A stretch of 49,229 bases of DNA, from the NCBI GenBank assembly GCA_036659935.1, contig JAVXBP010000003.1, positions 1-49,229 of the forward strand, read 5' to 3'. Under the pieces are notes generated by a model, which saw nothing but the letters and a program-made list of their open reading frames with translations, ran no database searches and was not told the DNA's origin. The first letter of the stretch is position 1; every line of letters begins with the position of its first letter. A program made the position numbers and the translations under genes. Shown here piece by piece: positions 8,975 to 17,777 of this stretch. Source of the stretch: Clostridia bacterium (GTDB lineage Bacteria > Bacillota > Clostridia > Christensenellales > UBA3700).

Positions 8975-10372
8975 TCAAATTCCCAACAGCATCAAAAGCG
9001 CAGACGCCAAATAAGGTCTGAGATTTGTTGCCTCTATTACATTATCAATATATCCGTCTTTTGCCGCCAAAATTGGGTTCGCTTGCAATTGAGCGTATTG
9101 CTCGGCAAGTTTCGCGCGCATTTCGTCAGAATTGTTGTCTTTTACCAACTGGTCTTTGAGAACTGTCTCAACGGCAGTGTCGCAAGATATTGGAGAAATG
9201 ACTGCGTTTGACGTCGCCAAAGTGTAATCAAAACCAATGCCCTTGCTCATCAACGCGCTGTAAACATAACCTTCCGCATTGCCAACAGCTACGCCAATTT
9301 TTTCGATAGACGAATTTGCGATTGTAATCATCAACTTTGATGTCAACTTTGCAAAACCTTTGTATTCGCTTGCGAGGTCAGGGTTTGTGCCGAGTGAGTC
9401 AACCAAAGTGATAAGTGGCAAGTCATAGAAGTCAAGCTTGTTGATAAAGTCAATCGCTTTTTCCAAACCGTCGGCTGTCAAATATTCTTTTTCTGTCGCC
9501 AAAACGCCAACAGAAATGCCATTCAACTTCGCAAATGAACATTTAACTTCTTTTGCATAGTTCGGGCAAAATTCTACAACGCTGTCTTTGTCGCAAACGC
9601 TGTTTATTCTGTAAGTCGCGTCAACGGCGTTTTCGAGTTGTGGGTCAACGCGATTTGCGTCGTCCTCAGCTTCTTCTTCGTCCGCTGGGAAAATTATTGT
9701 CAACAACTTTGCAAGTTTCGACTTCAATTCGCTGGCATTGTCAAAACCAAAGTTCAACATATCCGTGCCCTTTTCGTATGCGGCAAAACCAAATTTGTCA
9801 CCATAGTTGATTGGGAACGACTTTGTATTTGACATATGATACATTGGAGAATTGACAGAAACAACCGCGCCCTTCGCCACAAAAGTGAAGTCAGCGTTTG
9901 CAACATAAGTCGCCATCATTCCGACCGCGTTGCCTTTGACAATGCACAAGTGTGGAACGTTTGCAGCAACTTCGTCAGCCATAGCGATGATTTGCGCATA
10001 GCCTTCCATAATGCCCGCGCCTTCGCCAATTCTTGCGCCGCAGCTGTCAACGATAGATATAAACGGTGTGCCAGACTTGATCGCGCGTTGCATAGCTTTG
10101 CAAATTTTTTCTGCGTGAGCCACGCTCAAGCTTCCTTTCAAAACTTCGGAATTTTGCGCAAACAAATGAACAGGCTTGCCACCAACAGTAGCGTAACCAG
10201 TCACAACGCCCTCGCCGAGAGCCTCAAATGCGCTCTCGAAACCTTTTCCTGTCAAAAAAGCGTCCGTCTCAACAAAACTTGCTTTGTCAATAATAGAATT
10301 GATAAATTCTTTTATTTTTGAGCTTGCCTTGTCAAGTGCTTTTGAGCAGGTTGAGAGATTTTTATTCTCCAT
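8975..10372 (-). CDS. Divergent acyl-CoA carboxyltransferase (MmdA/PccB-like)
   Basis: SFVETD, GEGVVTGYATVGG, DSCGARIGEG, LPLITLVD, AAKDGYIDNVI. Confidence 0.88.
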   Translation of the reverse strand: MENKNLSTCSKALDKASSKIKEFINSIIDKASFVETDAFLTGKGFESAFEALGEGVVTGYATVGGKPVHLFAQNSEVLKGSLSVAHAEKICKAMQRAIKSGTPFISIVDSCGARIGEGAGIMEGYAQIIAMADEVAANVPHLCIVKGNAVGMMATYVANADFTFVAKGAVVSVNSPMYHMSNTKSFPINYGDKFGFAAYEKGTDMLNFGFDNASELKSKLAKLLTIIFPADEEEAEDDANRVDPQLENAVDATYRINSVCDKDSVVEFCPNYAKEVKCSFAKLNGISVGVLATEKEYLTADGLEKAIDFINKLDFYDLPLITLVDSLGTNPDLASEYKGFAKLTSKLMITIANSSIEKIGVAVGNAEGYVYSALMSKGIGFDYTLATSNAVISPISCDTAVETVLKDQLVKDNNSDEMRAKLAEQYAQLQANPILAAKDGYIDNVIEATNLRPYLASALLMLLGI

Positions 10373-10414
10373 AGAATACCTCCATAAATATATTGAATTC
10401 TTTTTACCAATAAG

Positions 10415-10443
10415 AGTATATAACTTTGTTAAAAATTTTGCAA
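10415..10443 (-). promoter_or_regulatory. Sigma-A promoter of the decarboxylase operon with an overlapping Rex-like box
   Basis: TTGCAA-17nt-TATACT; TTGTTAA-AAAT-TTTGCAA at 10426-10443. Confidence 0.6.
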
Positions 10444-10546
10444 GAGATAAGGGGCTATTTTCTAATATTTTTTATCTATGCACGCTTATATAAGCCCGTT
10501 TGGTTTTATAAAGCTATTTTTGACACAAAATTTGCCTTTATTACAC

Positions 10547-10580
10547 AAAAAGCAGACAATCTTTTCGAAAGTCCGCTTTT
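10547..10580 (-). terminator. Intrinsic terminator after rluB
   Basis: On the minus strand aaaagcggac..gtctgctttt hairpin ending in a U-tract. Confidence 0.65.
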
Positions 10581-10595
10581 CTAATATTGTATATT

Positions 10596-11309
10596 TTATA
10601 ACTTTTTGAGATAAGTCACTTCGTCGTCACGTAGGAACCTATAAGCTCCGCGTGACAAACCGCCCAATTTTAAGTCGCCAATCGCAACTCTTTTGAGAAA
10701 AATAACTTCTTTTTCTACCATTTCGAACATTTTTCTGACTTGTCTATTTCTTCCTTCCGTTATGGTAATTTGAACCTTGGATATATTGTCGACATATTCC
10801 AACAATTTGACCTTGCTGCGGTTGGTTTTTTGACCGTCAATCTCAACGCCTTTGCGCAATTGAGCCAACTTGTTTTCTGGCATTTCGCCCTCGACTTTTG
10901 CGATATAAGTCTTTGAAACTTCGTGGCTTGGGTGTGTCAAAGCGTAAGCCAAGTCACCGTCATTTGTCAACAAAAGCATACCTTCCGTCTCATAATCGAG
11001 CCTGCCGACTGGGAAAAGCCCTGCAATTTTGAGGTCGAGAAAGTCATAAATTGTCTTTCTGCCAAGCTCGTCTTTGACCGTGGTTATGCAACCTTTCGGC
11101 TTGTAGAAAAGCACATAGCTGTAATTTGATACGGGTTTGACAATGATATCCTCACACGAGACAGTGTCGTTGTCAACGTCAACCAGCGTGCCAAGTTCCG
11201 TCACAACTTTTCCGTTTATTTTTATCTTGCCATCAGCGATAAATTGATCAGCGCCCCTGCGCGATGCAACTCCGCTTAATGCTAAATATTTGTTCAATCT
11301 TTCCTTCAT
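10596..11309 (-). CDS. rluB: rRNA pseudouridine synthase (RluB/RsuA family)
   Basis: S4 domain ERLNKYLALSGVASRR, PVGRLDYETEGMLLLTNDG, EGRNRQVRKM; start set at MKERL; synteny with dacB/scpAB. Confidence 0.92.
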   Translation of the reverse strand: MKERLNKYLALSGVASRRGADQFIADGKIKINGKVVTELGTLVDVDNDTVSCEDIIVKPVSNYSYVLFYKPKGCITTVKDELGRKTIYDFLDLKIAGLFPVGRLDYETEGMLLLTNDGDLAYALTHPSHEVSKTYIAKVEGEMPENKLAQLRKGVEIDGQKTNRSKVKLLEYVDNISKVQITITEGRNRQVRKMFEMVEKEVIFLKRVAIGDLKLGGLSRGAYRFLRDDEVTYLKKL

Positions 11310-12456
11310 TTTCGTCCAATATTCCATTTCCGACCAAATTGGCAAAAAGCAGAATAACTCCTTTGTCTTTTACTGTATTCATAGTAATAATTTTTTCGGA
11401 AAAAAGCAAGTGATTAGCGTTATAAATATAAATATAACCAATTTCTTGCCCTTTTTGGAGAGGAAAGCGTAAATTTTCGAGCGGTTTAAATTTATAACTC
11501 AAGTTCAATTTTGAACCTTTTTCTATCGGCAAGCTTATATCGTTTTTGAGCGCAATGTCCATTTTTTCTTTCTCTGTCGAGAGAGAATATAGAATTTCAT
11601 TCGCTTTTCCTATTTGCATTTCGGCGAATTTTGCAAAGCAACCTTGCATATAATTTATGCTATCTTGCCACATATCTCCGTGGTTGAGAACGACACAAAT
11701 CAACTCCATATCGCCTTGACAGCAAGAACTTACAAGGCATCTTCCAGCTTGAGTTGTATAACCAGTCTTGATACCATTTCCGCCGGGCATAAGGTTGAGC
11801 ATTTTGTTTTTGTTGACAAAAGTTTGTCTCGGACGAGTGGAATTTTCTTCTGTCGTATAACTTTTTGCGCCGACAATTTCTCGGAAAATTGAGTTTCTCA
11901 TCGCGTAAGCTGATATTTTTGCAAGCTCAAACGCCGTTGTAAAATGTTCCGAGTCGTGCAATCCGTGCGGGTTTGCAAAGCGCGTATTTGACAATTTTAA
12001 GGCTTGCGCTTTGTCATTCATCATCTTGACAAAGCCTTCCAAGTTTCCGCCCGTCGCGATTGCGAGCGCCGTCGCGGCGTCATTTCCACTGCGCAACATA
12101 AGCCCAAAAAGCAAATCTTTAATCTTCCATTTCTCATTTTCTTTGAGATAAATCGACGAGCCTTCCACTCCGACAGCCTTTCGCGGAATGAGAATTTCGC
12201 GCTCAATATCGCTGTTTTCTATCACAACAATAGCGGTCATAATTTTTGTTGTGCTCGCCATTTCCAACGGAATGTCCCTGTTTGTCGAGCACAAAACTTG
12301 TCCGCTTTTGCGTTCAATTACGCAAGATGACGACGACTTGTTGTAGAATGTCGCGGTTTCTTGCGCGCTTGTTTTTTCCTGAAAATGAAAAATATTAATT
12401 ATCAACGGTAATAAAAACCACCAATATACTTCCAAATAAGACCGTTTTATAGACAT
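11248..12456 (-). CDS. dacB: D-alanyl-D-alanine carboxypeptidase (peptidase S11, DacB-like)
   Basis: MASTTKIMT (SxxK), SGND (SxN), NPHGL, KTGYT; synteny ytfJ-dacB-rluB. Confidence 0.9.
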   Translation of the reverse strand: MSIKRSYLEVYWWFLLPLIINIFHFQEKTSAQETATFYNKSSSSCVIERKSGQVLCSTNRDIPLEMASTTKIMTAIVVIENSDIEREILIPRKAVGVEGSSIYLKENEKWKIKDLLFGLMLRSGNDAATALAIATGGNLEGFVKMMNDKAQALKLSNTRFANPHGLHDSEHFTTAFELAKISAYAMRNSIFREIVGAKSYTTEENSTRPRQTFVNKNKMLNLMPGGNGIKTGYTTQAGRCLVSSCCQGDMELICVVLNHGDMWQDSINYMQGCFAKFAEMQIGKANEILYSLSTEKEKMDIALKNDISLPIEKGSKLNLSYKFKPLENLRFPLQKGQEIGYIYIYNANHLLFSEKIITMNTVKDKGVILLFANLVGNGILDENEGKIEQIFSIKRSCIAQGR

Positions 12457-12462
12457 ATCTTC

Positions 12463-12825
12463 TTATTTTTTGCTGTTTTTGAAAAAATCTATTGACGCTG
12501 TTACCAAGTCTTTCCATTTTTCTCCCACCTCGCCTTTGTCAATTCTGAGCAACGTTTGTCTGTCGTCTCGGCACACAAGAAAGCCAATCGGCGTGATTGT
12601 CATGCCACCGCCACCACCGCCCGCAAACGGCAAAACGCTCTGCGAGCTTTCGTTCTTTTCGCTGTATTGTCCCCCACCGCTCGCAATGCCAACTGTAATC
12701 TTTGACAAGGGAAATATCATCGTTCCGTCTTGCATAGAAATCGGCTTGCCCGCAATGTTGTCGCTCTCAATAACATTCTTGAGGCTGTCAAGAGTCGACG
12801 TCATTATATCTTCCAATTTATCCAT
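12463..12825 (-). CDS. ytfJ: Sporulation protein YtfJ/GerW family
   Basis: GKPI..DGT..P.SKITVGIASGG, PFAGGGGGGMTITPIGFLV. Confidence 0.92.
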   Translation of the reverse strand: MDKLEDIMTSTLDSLKNVIESDNIAGKPISMQDGTMIFPLSKITVGIASGGGQYSEKNESSQSVLPFAGGGGGGMTITPIGFLVCRDDRQTLLRIDKGEVGEKWKDLVTASIDFFKNSKK

Positions 12826-12917
12826 AAATTCTCCTTTGCTTCAATATGAGCAATTCGACTTGACAACAATGTCGCCACTTTTTTCACCTTTTTTGACTGT
12901 CCATTGCGCCTTCCAAA

Positions 12918-13592
12918 TTATTCATTAATTCTCCTTTTCTTTAATATGCGTAAAGCGGAAAAAAATATTTGCGCAAGTCCGAACTTTATCAATATATCAA
13001 AATTAATTTTCAAATTGTTCTTTTGAGCATTTGTGTAAATATTAATATTTTTTTCTATCGGGTCAAAAAACTTGTTCGCAAGACCATTCGCAACGCCCAC
13101 CATCAATTCGGACGCGCCAAAAACAAGCCCTGTTTTCATCAAATCTTCGCTCGAGTATGCAAAATTGATATTGAGTCTATCAATCACAATTTGAGCTCGC
13201 TCAAGCTCATTTGCGAGCTCACGCAAGATTGTAAAAACATTTTCTTTGTCATTTTTGTTTTTGTTTTTATTTTTGCTATTTTGAGAATTTTCTTTTTTTC
13301 GAGCGACTTTTTTGCTGTCATTATACTTTTGCATTTTCAACTGCTTTTTCGCTTGCATTTTTTGTATAATATCAGTAAGTCGCGCAATATTTTTTTTGTT
13401 TATTTGGATATAGAATTTTCGTTTGCACTCAAAAATTTTAATCTTGAAAAGTTTAATCTTGTTCAAAATTATTATATCAACGCACAATGCCCCAAGCGAC
13501 GCGTCAAAATAGCCTTGCGCGCGCACACCGCACGCAAAGAAAATCAAAATGCATTCTGCAATTATCAAAAATATCAAAAAAAATAGCGCCAT
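12918..13592 (-). CDS. DUF2953/YtfI-like membrane-anchored protein
   Basis: N-terminal TM helix, D...TG..FG motif, position between scpB and ytfJ. Confidence 0.7.
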   Translation of the reverse strand: MALFFLIFLIIAECILIFFACGVRAQGYFDASLGALCVDIIILNKIKLFKIKIFECKRKFYIQINKKNIARLTDIIQKMQAKKQLKMQKYNDSKKVARKKENSQNSKNKNKNKNDKENVFTILRELANELERAQIVIDRLNINFAYSSEDLMKTGLVFGASELMVGVANGLANKFFDPIEKNINIYTNAQKNNLKINFDILIKFGLAQIFFSALRILKKRRINE

Positions 13593-13649
13593 ATTTCTAT
13601 GATGCGTATTTTTTCTATTTCTATTATTTTGTTGTTTATTTTTTTACTT

Positions 13650-14465
13650 CTATATCTCTATGTATTCGCTTTCTTCTTTGTCAGCGCTGTCATTTGTGTC
13701 ACTTTCTTTGTTGTCGGCGTCTTTTGTAGTATATTCCAAGGCGCTGTCGTCAACGTCAGCCGCGGCTTGGCTCTCATAGGTATCAATTTTCTCGTTCGCA
13801 AGAAAGCTTGGCACTGCGCTCGAGTCAAAGTAACCGTCGAGCTCCGCGTCTTGTTGCAATTGACTTGACGTTGGTTGGAAGTCGTCAGCCAAATCGACGT
13901 CGCGATACATACCTTCAGTTTGGACGTTGAAGTTGCCAAACTCAATCAGCCTGCGCATAACTTCGCCATAATCTGGCAATTCGTCGAGCGTTCTCAATTG
14001 GAATTTCTTGAGAAACTCGTCGGTAGTGCCATACAGCGTTGGTCTGCCGGGCGATTGCTTGAACCCACACGTCTTGATAAGGTCGCTTTTGAGCAAAACA
14101 TTGAGCGCATAATCAGGGCTCACACCTCTTATATCTTCTATCTCTGTGCGCGTAACGGGCTGTTTGTAAGCGATAATGGAAAGAACTTCCATAAGAATTT
14201 TTGACAACTCTTTTTCTTTTACTGGTTGCAAAACTTCCGCGACAATTTCGCCGTAAATAGTATTGGAACAAAATTGAACATTTTCGTCGAAAATTTCCAA
14301 AATAATTCCACTTTCTCCGCTATATTTTTTTTCTAGCTCGGCAATAACGTCATTCAACTCGCGCCTTTTGACGTCAGGTGGCAATTTTTCCATAATTTCG
14401 TCACGCGATATCGCCGTGCCAGCGGCAAAAATAATCGCTTCTGTTATCTCAAACAAGTTTTTCAT
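13650..14465 (-). CDS. scpB: SMC-Scp complex subunit ScpB with an acidic C-terminal tail
   Basis: EAIIFAAG, EVLSIIAYKQPVTRTEIEDIRGV, PGRPTLYGTTDEFLKKF. Confidence 0.96.
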   Translation of the reverse strand: MKNLFEITEAIIFAAGTAISRDEIMEKLPPDVKRRELNDVIAELEKKYSGESGIILEIFDENVQFCSNTIYGEIVAEVLQPVKEKELSKILMEVLSIIAYKQPVTRTEIEDIRGVSPDYALNVLLKSDLIKTCGFKQSPGRPTLYGTTDEFLKKFQLRTLDELPDYGEVMRRLIEFGNFNVQTEGMYRDVDLADDFQPTSSQLQQDAELDGYFDSSAVPSFLANEKIDTYESQAAADVDDSALEYTTKDADNKESDTNDSADKEESEYIEI

Positions 14466-15276
14466 TTTCTACTCCCTCAATCTTTGTCAATTCTTCCAAA
14501 TCAATATTTTCGACGTCAAATTCGTCGTTCAATTCGATATTTATATCACTGTAATCGCTCTCTTGCATAGTTTTAACAACTTGCTTTTTCATCAACTCAA
14601 GCAAGGCTTGGAAAGTTGTAATAACTTCCATTTTGTTAGAAACCGCGCCAAAAAGTTCGTTAAACTTCATCTTTTTTTGCGACAAAATGCGCGTTGTTAT
14701 ATAAGTAATTTTTTCTTCGACAGTGTGCTTGTCTTTTTGTATTTTTTTTGTCGCCATATCGCGTTCTTGCTCGTTCAATCGCATAAGCAATTGACCGTAA
14801 GTGTCAATCAGCGTGTCAAAATTGAAGCGTTTGATAACAATAATCGCGTCGTCATCAGAATAAACTGGCTTGCGATGGAAGCGATTGCGCGCTTCTCTCA
14901 ATTTCAAGACGTCGGCTTTTTCTTTGAAAAGTCCATAGATAATGATTCTTCGTCTCAACTCTTCTTCTTCGTCGCCATAATCAATTTCTTCTTCGTCGCA
15001 ATCAAATTCTTCAATCTTTGGAAGAACGTCTTTCGACTTAATTTCCAACAAAGTTGTCGCGACAGAAACAAAGTCTGACGCAATATCAATGTCAAGTTTT
15101 GTGACATTGTGCATATATTGCATATATTGACTTGTAATTTTCGACAACGGAAAAGTCAAAATATCGAATTTTCCTTCTTTTACAATCAACGTGTACAACA
15201 ATTCTATTGGACCTTCGAAGTCACCAAGATTAAATTTTAACACGTCACTTGCGTGGTATTCAAATATATCCGACAT
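14449..15276 (-). CDS. scpA: Segregation and condensation protein A (kleisin)
   Basis: FEGPIELLYTLI, LLEIKSK..LP, ITTFQALLELMK. Confidence 0.95.
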   Translation of the reverse strand: MSDIFEYHASDVLKFNLGDFEGPIELLYTLIVKEGKFDILTFPLSKITSQYMQYMHNVTKLDIDIASDFVSVATTLLEIKSKDVLPKIEEFDCDEEEIDYGDEEEELRRRIIIYGLFKEKADVLKLREARNRFHRKPVYSDDDAIIVIKRFNFDTLIDTYGQLLMRLNEQERDMATKKIQKDKHTVEEKITYITTRILSQKKMKFNELFGAVSNKMEVITTFQALLELMKKQVVKTMQESDYSDINIELNDEFDVENIDLEELTKIEGVENEKLV

Positions 15277-15284
15277 AACTCTCC

Positions 15285-16031
15285 TTAAAAAAGTGGAATT
15301 TGAAAAATTAACTCAAACAATTTGGACATTAGCGTATTAACACCGCTTATATACAAGCCAATTATATCAAGATAAGGATTGAGCATTCCTAGCAAAGAAC
15401 TTGCTATCAACACTCCAAACAAAACAAATTGACCTTTTGAATACATAAAATTAACATAGCGATTGCGCGGTTTTGCAAGCGTTTCTACAATGCGAAAGCC
15501 GTCCAAAGGATAGAGTGGCAACAAGTTGAACGCCATCAAAGTGAGATTGAAAGTTATGCTCAATTGCAGAAAACTCTTGAAAAAGAAGTTTGCATATTGC
15601 GCAAAAGTTATTGAAGTTTGCCCAACATAAATGAGCAACGACCCTTGAATGCTTTGCGTGCACGCCAAATAAATAGCCAACACGCTCGCGAACAAAATTG
15701 CGTTGAGCAAGTTCATCGTCACGCCCGCAAGCGAAACGGTAATCATACCTTTTTTGTAATTTTTGAAGTTGCGAGAGTCAATTGGCACTGGTTTTGCCCA
15801 ACCAAAGCCGACAAAAACCATGCACAGCGTGCCCATCAAGTCAAGGTGTTTGAAAGGATTGAGCGACAATCTTCCAAGGAATTTTGCCGTGTGGTCGCCA
15901 TTCCAATAAGCGACAAGCCCGTGCGCTTGCTCGTGCGTAACAATAGCAATCAAAATTGCCAACAAAAATGCAATTACTGCAATAAAGCCAAGTTGTGGTT
16001 GCATTGAAAATTGTCTTATAATTGATAACAT
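15285..16031 (-). CDS. Site-2 protease (peptidase M50) family protein
   Basis: HEQAHG, GRLSLNPFKHLD, FGWAKPVP, FNLLPLYPLDG; GGAG SD before ATG 16031. Confidence 0.93.
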   Translation of the reverse strand: MLSIIRQFSMQPQLGFIAVIAFLLAILIAIVTHEQAHGLVAYWNGDHTAKFLGRLSLNPFKHLDLMGTLCMVFVGFGWAKPVPIDSRNFKNYKKGMITVSLAGVTMNLLNAILFASVLAIYLACTQSIQGSLLIYVGQTSITFAQYANFFFKSFLQLSITFNLTLMAFNLLPLYPLDGFRIVETLAKPRNRYVNFMYSKGQFVLFGVLIASSLLGMLNPYLDIIGLYISGVNTLMSKLFELIFQIPLF

Positions 16032-16280
16032 TTGTCTCCATACAAACAGCAATTTTTAGAACAATTTGCCGTTTTTGCAATTTCGATTTTTTTCTACTAT
16101 TTTTTTAATATAATTTGCTTTTTATAGTTTCCGCAAATTTACTTTTTTTACTAGCATACTTTACTTTTGACTGCGTTTCATTATCTTTTGCAAATATATT
16201 GTACAATATTTGTGTGATATTCTCATTAAAATTGCCCTATATTTGATATTTTTGACGACAATTCAAGGGATATTCACCGA

Positions 16281-17600
16281 CTATTTCATTTCTTCCAAGA
16301 CATCATTTCTGACAAGGTCGTCATACGTTTGTGGTTTTACCGCAAAACAACTCTTCCCGTTTGCGACAAAAACAACTGGCGGAATGAGATTGCGATTGTA
16401 ATTGCTCGACATCGCATAGCAATATGCGCCCGTGGTGAAAACTGCGAGCGTGTCGCCCGTTTGCGCCTTTGGCAACATAATATCTTTGATAATTATGTCA
16501 CCGCTTTCGCAACATTTGCCTGCGACAGAGACAAGGTCGTCGCATTTTTCGCTTGCGCGGTTGGCAATCACCGCCTCATATTTCGCGTCATAGAGAGCAG
16601 GACGAATGTTGTCCGTCATGCCTCCGTCAATATTGACATACTTTTTGATATCAGGAATCTCTTTTATCGTCCCCACCGTATAGAGCGTGACGCCTGCTTC
16701 GCCAACAATGCTGCGTCCTGGCTCAATCATAAAATAAGGCTTGTCGATATGCTTTTTTTCTATCGCGTTGTTGAGCGCGGAAGTCAAAGTCTCGACATAA
16801 TCGCTATATTCTTCAACATTATATTTCGGGTCGCCCTCGCAATAATGCACGCCAAAGCCACCGCCAAAATTAAGCTCGTTGACTTTCACATTGTAATCTT
16901 GCGCAAGGTCGCGCACAAAGTCAGTCACGATGTCAACCGCCAATTCGAATGCGTTTTTGTCGAAAATTTGCGAACCAATATGACAATGCAAACCATTGAA
17001 AACAAGGTGTTTTTGCGCGATAATCTTGTCAATCGCTTGTTTTGCTTGTCCGTTTTTGACAGAAAAGCCAAATTTGCTGTCGATATTTGCTGTTTGGATA
17101 AAGCTGTGAGTATGCGCTTCGACACCGGGGTTTGTGCGAATAAGCACTTTTTGTGTCATTTTTTTGCGCGCGCAAAGCTTTTCTATCATTTCAATTTCTT
17201 GCAAGCTGTCAACAACAATCTCGCCAATATGGTTGTCGAGCGCAAGCTCAAGCTCGCTTTCTTGCTTGTTGTTGCCGTGGAAGTAGGCGTGTTCGAGACA
17301 AAAGCCAGCTTTCAACGCGGTAAAAATTTCTCCGCCGCTCACAACGTCAATATTCATATTTTCTTCTTGCATAATTTTGTATATTCGCATGCAAGAAAAA
17401 GCCTTTGATGCAAATGCAACGTTGCCGTCGCCATAAGTTTTTTTGATTGTGTTGCGGAAAGCCCTTGCCACCTTGCGAATATAATCTTCGTCCATAACAT
17501 ACAAAGGAGTGCCATATTTTTTCGCCAAATCGCAAGCGTCACACCCGCCAATTTGCAAGTGTCCAAGAGCGTTTATTCCAAGTGTATCGCGAAAGTTCAT
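16281..17600 (-). CDS. lysA: Diaminopimelate decarboxylase
   Basis: YGTPLYV, FASKAF (PLP lysine), HGNNK, HCHIGSQ, EPGRSIVG, GKCCESGD, GAYCYAMSSNYN. Confidence 0.97.
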   Translation of the reverse strand: MNFRDTLGINALGHLQIGGCDACDLAKKYGTPLYVMDEDYIRKVARAFRNTIKKTYGDGNVAFASKAFSCMRIYKIMQEENMNIDVVSGGEIFTALKAGFCLEHAYFHGNNKQESELELALDNHIGEIVVDSLQEIEMIEKLCARKKMTQKVLIRTNPGVEAHTHSFIQTANIDSKFGFSVKNGQAKQAIDKIIAQKHLVFNGLHCHIGSQIFDKNAFELAVDIVTDFVRDLAQDYNVKVNELNFGGGFGVHYCEGDPKYNVEEYSDYVETLTSALNNAIEKKHIDKPYFMIEPGRSIVGEAGVTLYTVGTIKEIPDIKKYVNIDGGMTDNIRPALYDAKYEAVIANRASEKCDDLVSVAGKCCESGDIIIKDIMLPKAQTGDTLAVFTTGAYCYAMSSNYNRNLIPPVVFVANGKSCFAVKPQTYDDLVRNDVLEEMK

Positions 17601-17641
17601 ATAAGCCTCCATATTGTATAAATTAAATTATATATAATAGA

Positions 17642-17670
17642 AGTATATCAACTTTGGACAACTTTGTCAA
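17642..17670 (-). promoter_or_regulatory. Sigma-A promoter of lysA
   Basis: TTGACA-17nt (ending TGA)-TATACT about 40 nt upstream of the ATG. Confidence 0.75.
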
Positions 17671-17727
17671 TAATTTTTGTTTGTACAACACTTTTATTGC
17701 GATATTTTTTGCATTTTTTATAGCAAA

Positions 17728-17755
17728 GCGACACAAAACTTTCATCTTGTGTCGC
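17728..17755 (-). terminator. Hairpin / putative terminator after dacF
   Basis: gcgacacaa-10nt-ttgtgtcgc 9-bp stem. Confidence 0.6.
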
Positions 17756-17777
17756 AAATTTATTTTTGTGTTTTATT

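Noticed and set aside
11248-11309. Frameshift or pseudogene at the dacB/rluB overlap
   Set aside because: Both ORFs are intact with all motifs; a 62-nt overlap from a C-terminal extension is sufficient explanation
16329-17408. Long plus-strand ORFs (also 5782-6603, 7142-8065, 31529-32209 and others)
   Set aside because: Antisense shadows of well-supported minus-strand genes with no motifs or SD
17601-17777. Lysine riboswitch upstream of lysA
   Set aside because: The promoter lies about 40 nt from the ATG, leaving no room and no L-box motifs
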